A stretch of DNA of 64,000 nt from assembly GCA_964016885.1 (NCBI GenBank), contig OZ024743.1, forward strand, positions 364,064,001 to 364,128,000, read 5' to 3'. A program made the translations under genes and the position numbers. The stretch's first letter is position 1. Each line of letters starts with the position of its first letter. The notes beneath the pieces were generated by a model. The model made no database searches, was not told where the DNA came from, and saw nothing but the letters and a program-made list of their open reading frames with translations. Positions 26,570 through 40,572 of this stretch are shown here, in pieces. This DNA is from Eledone cirrhosa. Its lineage: Eukaryota.

Positions 26570-27791
26570 TAAATGGGGACTAGATATAGTCTATTAGCGC
26601 ATTTCATCGCGTTTTACCACTTTCAGCCTCACACCACGGATGTGAATAAATAATAATCGGTTGGTAACACGCGATGATCCGACGGATGTGGCGGATTTCC
26701 CGACTGCGCGCCAGGCACTCGGGCGGTTTAGACTTCCTTGAGTGCTTGGAAAAATAAATTTCCCCTTCTTTCGATAAACGAAATTACTCGGAACAGCTGC
26801 TTCGACGCGGGGCCAGGTCGGGCTTGGGACTCGCCGCGCATTGACCGCCAAATAGTACCTTTAATTTCTAGGCTTAGTCATAACCTTTAGCTGTATCATG
26901 CCTCTTCCTACTAGCACTTAACTAAATCCCCACCCTGTGTGATATAATAGCAACCGTTTGGTATAAACGATGGCCAGCCGGCGCTGGGGGACTTCGCGCT
27001 AACACACCCGACGCCTAAGACAGTTACATTCCTGGAGTGCTCGGAAAAACTAATTTCCATTTCTTTCACTAGACGATATTACTCGGAACAGCTGGCGCGT
27101 GGGAGGGGGTGACTGGCGAGGGGTCCGCAGTCGTCGCTGGCTATTGACCGCTAGCAAGGGCGTAATATTTACTCTATATACTACTCTGAACATTTATCGT
27201 GACTATATATATTACACTTAAACTTCTCTCTATATCACTTACACACACTCTCTCTTTCTCACTCTCTCTGTCAATCTCTCTCTGTCAATCTCTCTCTCTT
27301 TTTCATTCTCCCACACTTTCTCTCTCAGTTTTACTCTCTCTGTTACTCTCTATCTCTCTCATTCACGCACACTCTCTCCCTTTTTAATATCTATGTGTGT
27401 CTTTGTTGAAAATATTCGTTCTTGGGAAAAACATTTTTCGCGGCAATTTCGAGCATGCCTGACCAGCCTGATTGACGCTTGACCTCAGCGCTGACATTTC
27501 CATCTGACGGGATGGTAGTAGTACGTTAAAAGCTTGCGCCCCACACCAGATGGTCATATGTAGACCTAATAATCAACACTTGAGGGCGGCCGACAGAGGT
27601 AGAAGCTGCTAAATTGTCGGTCGCCCTCCTGTCTCTGATTTTCAGCACCATGGATTTTATCTGTTATATTCCTTCGTTATATTTTGAATTACCTAATGAT
27701 GTCACTGGATTCATACTGAACCCGGTCGTTGAAATGATCATAGTATAATAAACCTTTCAAGGATTTATACCAATCCAGCCTCCTGTTATTT

Positions 27792-27800
<9 letters not shown>
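26570..27800 (+). mobile_element. Long non-coding PLE-type 3' region with ~295-bp diverged tandem units and HHR at 27689-27746 (core mutated to CTAATGA)
   Basis: Homologous to 63420-64000 on the opposite strand; GAAA-tgatca-TA-gtat. Confidence 0.7.
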
Positions 27801-27841
<41 letters not shown>

Positions 27842-27843
<2 letters not shown>

Positions 27844-28608
27844 TCAAAGGTAAGATATTGTCTAGACAAATGTATCCACACTATACGTGTTTGTAGGATT
27901 ATACAGGCGCAATGGTATAAGAAGATCTGAGAGGAAAATTGTTAGAATATCGATTCTTACCATCCATAACGTATAGCAAGTCAAATAACTTACATAGATA
28001 GTAAAATTTTGATTATTTTCAAATCGGATAGCAAGTAAAAAACTTACTTCAGGATGGTAACATTCCGAGATTTCAGTATTCTATACAACTGTCCCATGAG
28101 GGAAAATAGAAATGGCTGGGACTATAAGATGAAAACACTCATTCATCAGTAAAATGTTCATCTTACTAAATGCATTATATACGACTCTTCACCATAGCTT
28201 CAAAATAGGTTTTGAACGCACATGGCGAGGAAATGTGATAATATGAGGATAGACAGGCTAACGGGAATGCTAGAAACAGCAGTGTATTTGGTCTACAAAG
28301 ATTCAGCTCGACTAAAATTTACTGTTCTGAGCAGAAATATATGTATTAAAATATTGATTAATACGTAAAGTAATTAATGATATTGTCTGACAAAGGTATA
28401 GGTTAAGCAAAGTGCTACAGGTAGTCACTATTAGAAACTAAAGTCAGCTCTACTAACATAATTAAAATTTCATTAACATAAAGATTCAAATGAAAGATAT
28501 TGTCTAGACAAATGTATCCACATTATGCGTGTTTGTACGATTATATAGGCTCAATGGTATAAGAAGATCTGAGAGAAAAGTTGTTATAAGATCGATTCTT
28601 ACCATCCA
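27842..28608 (-). mobile_element. Small non-coding element bounded by ~125-bp direct repeats (period 642 bp), with a degenerate HHR at ~28058-28152
   Basis: Direct repeats 27842-27968 and 28484-28608; minus-strand CTGATGA...agtgtttt/agaatact-GAAA. Confidence 0.6.
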
Positions 28609-28918
28609 TATATATATTCCATTTCAGGTAGATGCGCGCCATTATCCACGTTTCTAAAAATATAAATCATACACAAAACGCCAGCATTAACAGTTTTTCA
28701 AGAGATGTCAACATGAATGGACCTGTTATTTTTATCTAAAGATATTTTTTTCAATTCCACCCCGCCCGTTCCTTCAATCTATCTTATTTCTCATTCTTCT
28801 TTTGATGAAGGACTAGCGTCCGAAACGTTAAGACCATCTTCCTGCTATTTCAAGCGTTAACCTAATATATTCCTTCCATATACTGTGCCGATTGTGTTGT
28901 TACTACTGTTTACCTTTT

Positions 28919-28962
<44 letters not shown>

Positions 28963-28964
<2 letters not shown>

Positions 28965-29712
28965 TAGCAGAATGGCCCGGCGCTGCTCGGGCTTCTAAAC
29001 ATAGATTAGCATATTTATCCCTCCTTTCTGAAACAGTACAGAGAAGTACGGAATACCTCGGCCTAGGGATGGTGTCTACATTTTGTGCTTACAAAAAAAT
29101 TCGTCGTAGATTACCAGGGGTTTAACTTAATTGAGTGCCTGAGAGTAAAATGTTCAACCCACGAAAGCCAAGACGTTAGGGTTAAGTAAAAAGGCATTCG
29201 ACAAACCGAACATGTATTTGTTGTGCTATGGTACAATGAAAGCAATAGTTACAGATCAGTAAGTATGTGGGACTGCAGTGGTGGAAAGCATGAAGGAATT
29301 TAGTTGGATACTTTTAAGGTTACAAAAATCTACCCAATCTGATATAGACCGAACTGTTATATCGGATGCCGAACGCTTCGGAGTTACTATTGGGGTCACC
29401 ATCAACAATTTCAATGGATGTACGTTTAAGTAGGGATAATAGAGTCTATAAAGAGAGGTAACTCTTTCAAAATACTAAAGAGTTTTCTCTCTTGAAAATT
29501 GTAGACAAAATTGCCGAACTAACTGACAAAAAGGGCTTAAAGTTTTAGTGAAAAAAAACGCCTTTAACAACAGAAAAATGAAAAATAAAAGCTGCAGTTA
29601 ATATCTTTAGACCGCAAGGAATATATAAATGCAAGTTTGAAGTCAATCGGAGTAGAAATGTGGATTTGTATAGACTTTGCCAAAATTAGGACACACACAC
29701 AGACAACTTCAG

Positions 29713-29730
<18 letters not shown>
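28963..29730 (-). mobile_element. Non-autonomous Helitron
   Basis: 3' end cccgagcagcgccggg hairpin + ttctgCTAGt at 28963-28992; 5' region TATATATAACTGAAGTTGTCTGTGTGTG...CCACATTTCT resembles the 9202 Helitron start. Confidence 0.7.
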
Positions 29731-29768
<38 letters not shown>

Positions 29769-29932
29769 GTTAATATAAATAAATATATGATCAACACTTA
29801 TATTTATTTATATTAACTTCTATTGTACTGCTCAGAAATGCTTCTTTCTTAGAGCTGAATAATTGTAATTGACCCCTGAGTGTAAACTCTAAATTATATT
29901 ATATATATGTGTGCGTGTGTGTGTGTGTGTGT

Positions 29933-30032
<100 letters not shown>

Positions 30033-30162
30033 TAAGATATACATATATATATATATATGGTAAGATATATATATATATATGTGTGTGTATATATATATAT
30101 GGTAAGATATACATATATATATATATATATGGTAAGAATTGATCTGTCATTACCACAGCAGA

Positions 30163-30247
30163 AGTCCGACGAGCTTTTGATTCCAGTGTCAGGTGAGATC
30201 GATACAGATCGAACTTTGATCTGATCAATAGCGAAACGAGTGTCACT
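30163..30247 (+). ncRNA. Hammerhead motif with CCGACGA core and GUC cleavage triplet
   Basis: agt-CCGACGA-gcttttgat...atcaatagc-GAAA-cgagtg-TC-act. Confidence 0.7.
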
Positions 30248-30437
30248 ACTCAATAAACGCAATGAAGACATAACAAAACGTCCTTTTTACTATTATTATA
30301 ATTACACTCTGCTTAGTTCTACACCTCTATACTGACTGGAAACTATGCATCGAGTTCTCACTCTGGTGAACCTATAGTAACTGGACGTTACATTCCATAT
30401 ATATATATAGATGCATTGCCACAGAAAAATTGGATGG

Positions 30438-30514
<77 letters not shown>

Positions 30515-30515
<1 letters not shown>

Positions 30516-32112
30516 CAGTTGGCTTCGCCCGCCACATCGAGAAAAGAAATGCCTGCAAATCCACTCAGTTCGACATCGTGGACCTTTATCGAAAAACCCT
30601 ACTGAAATTCCTGGATTTCGGGAACAACTCACGAGAAGCGACGTCGATGTCATAAAAATTCTGAATGCCAGGAAGCCACTAGTGGTCGACAACTCACATT
30701 GAGTAATAAACGAAGGGGACTCGCTTTTCAGCGTATCCAATGGTTCCTACAACGGGGTTGAGGTTACATACCTCGGCACTTGCTACCCTCAGGAAATGAA
30801 TGAGCCCCCATTACTCAGCCCGGTAGGGATACGATGGCCTGGTAATATATAACCATATGAATAGCCCCACTATAGATAAGTTCAGGAAAGATATTTTGGG
30901 ATTTCGACCTAAATATCACAGTCACCACCAGCTTGGCCAAATTCAATTTTCTGGATATCACTCTGAACCTCAAAAGTGGTAAACACTACCTCTGTAGGAA
31001 ACCTAATGAGGAAACGGTAGATATAGAAAGGAACTCCAACCACCTCAACTATAGTTAGGAACCTTCTAAACGAGATTAGTATAAACATCTCTAGCTTATC
31101 ATCCAACAAACAGATCTTCGACAGGGCTGCACCCCATTACATCAAGGTAATAGCAAGAAGTAGCTTTACAAAAAATAGTACAGCCACCTCTAAGGTAGTT
31201 AGAAAAATAAAATGCTTCAACCATCCATTCAATTTAAAGGTAATGACGAATATAGCTAAGAACTTACTGTCCCTAATCAAGAACCATTTGTTATTCCTTT
31301 TTAGATAACATCGCTCAAACATTACGTTATGACAGAAAAAAACATGCATCCACTGAAACCCCAACACTCACTGCATTTGCTGAAATCCGGCCAACTGTCA
31401 CCTATATGGATCATGCCTCTCTAAAGCTGTGGTCTGCAAGGCCCCTTTCACACCCCTAGATGGTTTCCAAAGGAACTATACGCACCTAACAGTCAATGAG
31501 TTCAAGGGTAAATTTACCCAGTCCATACACTCATTTAGGTGCAATGAACAGGGAGAACTTTACCGTCTGTCCCATTTTATTTAATGGCTCCATGACAAAG
31601 GGCACATCATCTCCAACATTAAATGGAGCATTCTAGACAGATACCCCCACAGCACTCAGGATACTACAACCGTCAACTCTAACATTTATTTAAATCGCTT
31701 AAATTTCTTTGAAGTAGTGTTTCTTAAAATCCTGAATAAAAGTACGTCCAATGTTGAAGTAACGTTTCTTCAAATCACTTGGATAAAGTGCTAATTCTTA
31801 GATCTACTATGCATTAATTATTCATTTTTATTTTCCATATAGAGAGAGGCGGGCGAGCAATGTAGCCGCATGCTACATCGCCTGTCTCTGGGTCAAAAGC
31901 ATAGCACACACCTTTTTCTCTTTATTTATTTATTTTTTTTGCTTGTTTCCTTAAAGTTTACCATCATTCCGTTGGTATACATCTATTACACAATTTGTAC
32001 CTGATGAGGTCACCGGGTTCTTACACAACCTGGCCACTGAAATGTGCATAGTGTTTACAGTAATAACAAAGATTAAGGAAATTCAACATATTTGGCCTCC
32101 TGTTATTTCACT

Positions 32113-32115
<3 letters not shown>
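30515..32115 (+). mobile_element. Highly degenerate PLE (RT-linker-GIY-YIG) with 3' HHR at 31997-32054
   Basis: QFDIVDLY, SNGSYNGVEV, NFLDITLNL, KIKCFNHPF, Cys motif; gtac-CTGATGA...GAAA-tgtgca-TA-gtgt. Confidence 0.75.
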
Positions 32116-32117
<2 letters not shown>

Positions 32118-32162
<45 letters not shown>

Positions 32163-32182
32163 TATATACACATATGTATATA

Positions 32183-32231
<49 letters not shown>

Positions 32232-32241
32232 TTATATATAT

Positions 32242-32291
<50 letters not shown>

Positions 32292-32355
32292 TTATATATA
32301 TACACATATATATATATATACACATATATATATATATACACATATATATATATAT

Positions 32356-32409
<54 letters not shown>

Positions 32410-32475
32410 GTGTGTATATATATATATACACATTTATATATACACATATATATATATATACACATATATATATAT

Positions 32476-32538
<63 letters not shown>

Positions 32539-32541
32539 CAC

Positions 32542-32582
<41 letters not shown>

Positions 32583-32704
32583 CATATATATATATACACA
32601 TATATATATATATATATACACACATATATATATATATATACACACATATATATATATATATACACATATATATATATACACACATATATATATATATATA
32701 CACA

Positions 32705-32764
<60 letters not shown>

Positions 32765-32937
32765 CACATATATATATATATACATACATATATATATACA
32801 TACATATATATATATACACACATATATATATATACATACATATATATATATACACACATATATATATATATACACATATATATATATACACATATATATA
32901 TATACACATATATATATATACACATATATATATACAC

Positions 32938-32989
<52 letters not shown>

Positions 32990-33100
32990 CACACACATAT
33001 ATATATACACACATATATATATACACATGTATATATATATATATATATATATAGGGTACATACACACATATATATATATACACATATATGTGTGTGTGTG
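32118..33100. repeat. (TA)n array with CACA interruptions
   Basis: TATATATACACA-type units. Confidence 0.97.
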
Positions 33101-33479
33101 TGAACAAATTAAGATGTCAGAAAGAAGTTCTTAGATTGTTTAATCCTTCCATAATACTTCGTGTTTACCACCGCCACCCTATCTCGCCCTCCGGTAAGGA
33201 TAAAATATATCTGATTAACATGTTCACCAGATCTATAGATGATCAGGTGGTTCAGTAACTAAATATATTATATGAACTATCCTACACTGATACACATATA
33301 CTACTCTTCAAATTATAGTTATAGGTATACAACTAGAAACATAAAAGTTTAATTACTCTTATTAATTGAAATTATAAAATTAATATTAATACAAATGTAT
33401 GGAAACATAATTAAATAATAAATATATGTATAATTGAGTGAATATTTAGTTACTAAGAAGCTTATAAGTTGAAATAACC

Positions 33480-34800
33480 ATATTCATCAGAAACTCAAAA
33501 CTCTTGAAATAAATTGACCAACGTGACACTCTAATTAAATATCTTCACCAATTTGAAATTCCCCAAATATCTTTCTCACTTATCGTAGTATAAGTCTGAT
33601 TCTTGGAAATGAGAAAAGCAAAAGTATTTACCTTTTAAAGGATCTCCCATAGGGTTTACAGTCTCGCCCATTTTCTTTCTATATTACACAACAGGCTTGT
33701 TTACATCTCTAAATAAAATTGTAGAGGTATCAGGTTTTGTAGATGACATCAACTTATATACTTCATCTAGTATCATCAACAACAACAAAACCAAATTATG
33801 CACAGCCCTATGAAGTGCAACTGAATGGGAAAAAGAAAATGGCCAACAATTTGATCCCTCTAAAACACAACTGGTTCATTTCCATAATCCTGAAACCATT
33901 AATTATCAATGCATTGAAATATACTTGATGAACCAACTACTGATACCACAAAAATCCATCAAGTTACAATCTGACTTGAAACAGAAAATTCATCTGGTAC
34001 ACACACTGAAAAAGGTGACTTCAACGTGCAATTAAACTAATTTCAAACAAATTCCACTGCCTAACATCCAACCACTTGAGTCTGTTCAATTGTTGTATGG
34101 CAACTGGGTTTGGGGACACACATGTACTAGGTCTCTTCAAGCTAGTGATAGATTCTGTACCCAAATTGGCAAAACTATATTGGGATATCTAAGATATACT
34201 CCCAAGATGACGATTTTTTTATGAAGCGAAGTAAACCCCAAATCACTAATTGATAGAAGAGTTCAGGAAACGCAATAATTTAAAACACAAAAGAGGAAGC
34301 AAAAGTACTCCATAACACTATCAATCTCTTTTAATAGAGATTGACTGTCTGCTACTCAGACGGGGAACATTCAGACAAGGGAGTGGGTTGTGGAGTGACT
34401 GGGTCCTTCAAAAATAATTATAGATATGAACTTCGGAGTACATCGGGATTACGCTATATTTGATGCAGGGTGGTGGGGAATTACATTATCCACACATTCA
34501 GCTGAGGAATTGCCCTGCAAAAGTAGTCTTCTATTTATTGATAGTCTATCGAACCTAAAACTGCTTCAGCCAAGAAAAAGGGGTCGAACTGGACTACATT
34601 CTATCAAGAACAGGTCGTAGAGATTCACCTCTATGTTCTTGTGGTGACTCTCCAGAAACTCGTGGGTACTATTTATTCCAGTGTAGAAACTATCAGTCTT
34701 AGAGAGAGGCTATATTGAAACCAATATTAAAATAACTACTAAGATTGGAAGTTCAATATATGATTAAAGGTCTACCAAATATAAACAAAATCTTTTAGTA
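33480..34800 (+). mobile_element. Very degenerate LINE with RT and RNase H remnants (I-group-like)
   Basis: KGSPIGFTVSPI (GxPQG-like), GFVDD, later DG...GVGCGV and LFIDSLSNL (RNase H-like); many stops. Confidence 0.5.
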
Positions 34801-34809
34801 CATGAAAGC

Positions 34810-35557
34810 TACGAAAAGATTTTTCTTCTTTTCTTTGCCCACTTATTCCTGACAGGGCCGTGGGGGCAGAGTCCTCAAACACTCCCTGCAGCGAATCCTG
34901 TCAGAAGCAACCGTCTCTAACTGATCCGGCAGAATCTCCAAGCGTGACAAACCAAACTTATGGATATTATCCAGCCATCTTGCTCCGGGTCTACCCATGA
35001 GTCTCCTATCTGTTGGTTTCACCAGTAAAATCTGTCCAGCGATTCTTTTCTGAGACATTCTAACCACTTGCCCATAATATCAGAACTGTGGTCTCTCAAA
35101 TCGGAGAAGTAGCGACTCTACCTGGGGTGACTCTCTGATCCGAGCTAACTTGATAGATTTGATGCCGAGTGCTGCATGGTTGGAATGAAAATCAGTGCTG
35201 CGAAAACTGAGACACTCGTCCTTGCAAGGAAGCCTGCGCAGTTTACACTACATGTGATTGGGGTCCACTAAAACAGGTAGCGAAGTTCAAGTACTTCGGG
35301 GCTGTGTTCACGAGGGATGAAAGGCAGGAGTCTAAATAAAGTGCAAGAATTGCAGGAGCTGGTGCAGTAATACGCCAGTTTCAGCATTCAGTAATCAGAA
35401 GAAAGGAGGTAGGCGTAAAAACCAAACTCGCTGACTTCAATTTGGATTAGGTGCCAACCCTTACCTTGGGTAATGACCGAAAGAATACGATCGCGAATAC
35501 AAGCGGCCGAAATGGGGTTCCGCCGAAGGTTATTTGGAGTAACGTTACGAAAAGATT
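34810..35557 (-). mobile_element. 5'-inverted, truncated RTE LINE with 12-bp TSD
   Basis: 3' part on minus (GQVVRM...GRPGARWLDNI), upstream RT part on plus (GMKISAAKTE...QAAEMGFRRRLFGVT); TACGAAAAGATT at 34810-34821 and 35546-35557. Confidence 0.85.
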
Positions 35558-36416
35558 CAACAACAGAAATTTCTCGCTGTTTTACAGCTTCCCTTCTTTC
35601 CTATTTTCATTTACTTTTTCGTTTACCTTTAAAAAACCCCCTTTTTTTTTTTTTTTTCCCCAAAAATATTTCTCTGACTAAGTTTTGATCCCATCACACT
35701 TACAATAAGACACACGCACACACACATATGTGTGTGCGTGTGCGTGTGCGTGTGCGCGCGTGTGTGTGTGTGTGTGTGTACCTACGCGCGCGCACGTACA
35801 CTCACGCGCACACACACACACGCACTCATATATTTATATACACATTCACACATACACACTCATACTCCTAAAATCATATTCCTAAAATAGAATTTCTTTT
35901 ACAATCCTACACTTTTGACAGTCCCATTTACCTCTCTCACCTATAGCAATTGTCTCTAGCTTAAATTTCCCCTCTTCGCCACTCCCATCTGAACTCATGA
36001 CTAATCCTTTAACACAACTAGCAGAAAAACCACCCTTCGGGTGATTTTCTGCTAGTATGTGTGGTGTGCATATTGATATTATACACAAATATACAATATA
36101 TACAATAGATATGATACATCAAATAACATCGTAATTGACAATATACACAGAAAATGAATGAAGACTGCGTTACACTCTCTTATGTAATCAGTAACGTAAT
36201 CCATGATACATTAAAAAAAGACGATATTATATATAAACTGCATTAGGAGAAAATTAGTGACGGAAATATATGAATGTTTATTTAAGCGATCGCTAACCGG
36301 AAGTGTTGACGTTTGAAAATTTTAAAGAAATGAATCTTAAAATAAGCAACAAAATTATTTATATTTAGTCAAGAATAACGAAATTTAGTAGATAATTTAT
36401 GTAATATTCATTCATT

Positions 36417-36770
36417 GGTGGATTGACAGTATCGGTAGAGTGTCGGACGCCATGCTTTGACGCATACTGGAACCTTAGATAAACAGTCTTTTTTTTCTTT
36501 AAAAAATTCTTAGATTTCTGATTTGATAATCTCATATCCTCGGGATGAATCTCTATCGGTTGAAAACATGTGTTAGTTTGACAGCATATCAACTCTTTGG
36601 TGTTTATTATTTGGCAGTATCCGTAGAGGGTCGGACGCCATGCTTTGACGCATAGAGTTACTGCCCTTGCCATTCTGAGTTCAAATCCCGCCGAGGTTAA
36701 CTTTGCCTTTCATCCTTACGGGGTCGATAAAATAAAGTACCAGTAATACACTGGGATTATTGCTGGCCTA
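36417..36770 (+). mobile_element. Meta-type tRNA SINE (36610-36770) preceded by a duplicated head (36417-36470)
   Basis: Matches the 8085 and 10726 copies. Confidence 0.8.
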
Positions 36771-36794
36771 TACATATATATATACATATATATG

Positions 36795-37395
36795 TATATG
36801 GTGGCTGCCAACTCGTTTTCGAGTACGGCCACTACTTTATATGTAGGAAAACCCCTACCGATGCACTGAACGAGTGTGACTTTTTAGTCCAGCCAGCGAC
36901 TTGAAAACTCTGGTACAAACACTACACTTGTGACAATTATTGACACATAGTGCTGGGCCCATGGTACCATGTGACGACAAGTGCAGAGAGATCTCCAGAT
37001 ACAAAGCAATGCCTGTGCCGTGAAGCTTTTATAGTGAGCAAAGGCACTGCACAAAGCCAGTCCCACTCACTTAACCAAGATGATATTTACCAAAAAGAAG
37101 AACAAGTCAACATCATTGGATACCATCAGGGTTGCAGGTGTTATATCAGAGTTTTCCTTCTCCTAGAATTCTGCCTTGACAAAGGCTAAGGGGTCATCTC
37201 TCCCAGTGATTTTGGATGGCCATTGACTCTTAAGAGCTCCTTTGCCCTTTGACAGGTTTTGTTTTTAGTCCTGCAGGATGTCCAAAGTCACCCTCCTCAC
37301 CAAGAAACATTGGTGGGGTTGCCAGTTTAGTCGCCAACGACCCGACCATGGGACAGGTTGTACTGGAATACATGTTACCAGTAGCACCAGTAGAT
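36795..37395 (-). mobile_element. ~600-bp unclassified non-coding element in TACA repeats (orientation inferred)
   Basis: Shares its left ~265 bp with 14455-14722; no ORF homology recognised. Confidence 0.6.
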
Positions 37396-37505
37396 ATACA
37401 TACATACATATATACATACATACATATATATATATTTAGTCTTCAAATTTATTATTATTACTATTTGGCTCCCTCGGTTGAGCACTCTATTGACTTATAT
37501 TCATC

Positions 37506-39600
37506 ATGCAGAAACAACATCTGAATATTTCTACAAAGAACATACCCGTACCAAGCAGGAAAACATACCTAAAACTCCTGATACAGAAAACAGACGCGTT
37601 CATTAAAAGGTTGCGTTGGCGTGCCTTTTATTTCGATAATCCGCGAAAAGCAGACAACAAACAGGATAAATTTGGGTTTAAAACCTATAATAACCCCCCG
37701 TGTAACGCAGCATTGCTACCTTTCGAAAATGATGTCTTGGAACTCATGCGGAGTATCAAATTTAGGAATAGGAGCAATTCCTTCCATCAGGACCTGAAGA
37801 ATAGAATTCGTTCTATTAAGGATTCTAATGCCGAGCACGTCCATTCCGACAAAACTGGCAACCTATATCAAGTGGAGCGCAGTACTTACCATCAATTGCT
37901 ACATAATGCTGTAACTAAGGATTACCGTAAAACTAATCGGTGCGTCATCAATGAAATCAACGATGCTGGGTTTAAAATCACCTCTGATCTCAACATCCTG
38001 GACCGGACCGAACCTCTGGACCCTATTTCTCCCCACTTTACCCTGAAGGATCACAAATCCAATTTTCCGAACAACCCCTCTATTCGGCTTATTAACCCTA
38101 CGAAGTCCGATTTAGGTAGACTTAGTAAAAGGATTCTTGATGGAATTATACCTGAAATTAGAAGTTTGGCCCCTCTTGCACTGTGGAACAATTCTTTCGC
38201 GGTGATTGATTGGTTCAACGGCATACGCAACAAGGAACATTGCAGTTTTATCCAATTCGACATCAACAATTACTACTCCTCCATCACATTACCACTTCTC
38301 CTTAGAGCTATCAATTTCGCTAAAACACTCACAGTGGTTAAGGATTTCGAAGTTGATGTCATCCTCAATGACCGTAAGTCGGTGATTAATTTCGACGACT
38401 CTATTTGGATTAAAAAATCCAATAGTACCCCATTCGACGTGAGTATGGGCGCCAGCGATTCTGCGAAGGTTACTGATCTTATCGGCCTTTTCCTTCTTTT
38501 CTCTATCAAGGACGAATTCCCCAACGCGGGCGGTGGTTTGTACCGTGATGATGGTCTTTTGACCATGACTAAGTGCGGACCTCGTGCTTGCGACAGGTTC
38601 AGAAAAGAACTCACAGCCTTCTTTAAAGGCTTCAACCTCTCTATACAGGTTGAGGCCAATCTCTCGGTCGTTAATTACCTCGACGTTACCCTCAATTTAT
38701 CGAATGGGTTGTATTACCCGTATAGAAAGCCGAATGATACGCTTAATTACATAAGTAAGCATTCCAACCTTCCTGCCAGCATAACCAAGAACCTGGTAAG
38801 AAATGTTTCGTTGAGGCTTTCTCGTCTATCTACTAACGAGCATATTTTCAACGACCATTCCACTTATTACAATGAAGCTCTTGCTCGGAGTGGATTTGTC
38901 GATAAGGTAGCATATACAGAGTAGGAAAATAGACCTAGAAGAAATAGATCCCGTCGCATTTGTTTGTATAACCCACCATATAATATGGAGGTGGCCACAC
39001 CATTAGCTAAGATCTTTCTTTCCCTTATTACGAAGCATTTTCCCCCTACACATAAATATAGTAAAATTTTTAATAGAAATACTATTACAATTTCTTACTC
39101 TACGACTCCTATCCTTGCACATAACATCACAGCTTCAAATTTAGCTAAACTACCTAGCCGTAGGAACACGTGCAACCCTGTAGTTAGTACTAACTGTAAT
39201 TGTAGGAATCGGGTTGATTGCCCCCTATCCGGGAAATGCCTCTCTAGTAACATTGTCTACAAATGTAAGGTTGAAACACCCACGTCCCGTAGGGCCTACA
39301 TAGGGTTAACCGCCAATAGATTAAAGCAGCGTCTTTACAGGCATACCCATTCTTTTCGTTACCCTCTAAGAAGTAATATGACGTCACTTTCAGCTTATAT
39401 TTGGAGTCTAAAAGACAACCACACCCAATATAAGTTACACTGGGAGATCCTAGCTAGGGCTAGATCGTATAACGGAAATAAAAGACCATGTGACCTCTGC
39501 GCCGCGGAGGCCCTGGAAATACTCTACGCCACAGACATCTTAAAAAAAAATCTGAGGCAATTTCGGCTTGTAAACATAAATTGCACAAAACTTTCCTGTA
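37506..39600 (+). pseudogene. PLE RT + GIY-YIG polyprotein with one in-frame TAG (38922-38924) and a probable frameshift in the A-run near 39545
   Basis: SDKTGNLY, TLKDHK...RLINP, FIQFDI, MGASDSA, GLYRDDGL, NYLDVTL; same frame continues YNPPYN, CNCRNRVDCPLSGKC, IVYKC, AYIGLT, CDLC. Confidence 0.9.
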
Positions 39601-40572
39601 TTACAGCCCCACGTTATACCCTAACGGATAGTACGATCTATACGTGGATATTTTACGTCTTGATGTGGTAGCTAAGTATATGTTTTGTTTATACCATTAC
39701 TCATTTGCATATGGAAGTATATATTACCCGTATGTTTGTGAAGGTACGTATACTTTCTCGTACGTATATTTGATTGTATATGTTATGGCGTATAATTTTT
39801 TATATATTCTGGTACATATGGTTTGGTTATGTGTATACGGGAGTTTTGCGTCTGTGTGAGTATGCAGGTTCTTACGTATGTAGGGTGTGTGTATATGTGT
39901 ACTTCATGTTTTGGTTGACCTACGTCTCCGAACATTTGTGTATTTACATGTAGGTATGTGTGTGCGCTTGTTATATACGTATTTATTTATTTATATACGT
40001 TTATTTAATTATTTATTTATTTGTATACACGCACACACACACACACATATTTATATGTGCGTAGTTTTGTATACTTATGGCAAGTGTTTTCGCGTATGAT
40101 CGTGTATGTACGTATTTGCATGCGTGTATGTATTTATTTAATTTCTATTACCTCTGTATTGTATTTTATTTACTTTATTCTTAACTCTGAAGCGGAGATT
40201 CATTCGGTTTCCTAGTTAGAATTTTAGTCTACGACTTCAGCTATACCATTTACGTGGTTTTGTCTTTGCGTGCAATTGTTCTCCACGCTCCACATATGAC
40301 GTATTATCTTCGTTTTTTTCGTTCATTGCCAGAGAACGTCTCTATAAACCACCTAAGAGAACATTAGTCTACGACTTCTTTTATACAATAAACGTGGTTC
40401 TGTCTTTGCGCGTAATTGTTTTTCACCGCTCCTATTAATGACGTATTATATTCGTTTTTTCCCGTTCTTTGCCAGGGAACGTTTCCACAAACCAAAGTAT
40501 CGTCTTCTTGTCTTCCTCCGGTTTCAACGTTTTTTGAAATATCCACTTCTGCTTTTACAGATTGACTTTGTT

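Noticed and set aside
38922-38924. Programmed recoding (selenocysteine) of the internal stop in the PLE ORF
   Set aside because: Codon is TAG, not TGA, and a single copy cannot distinguish readthrough from a nonsense mutation
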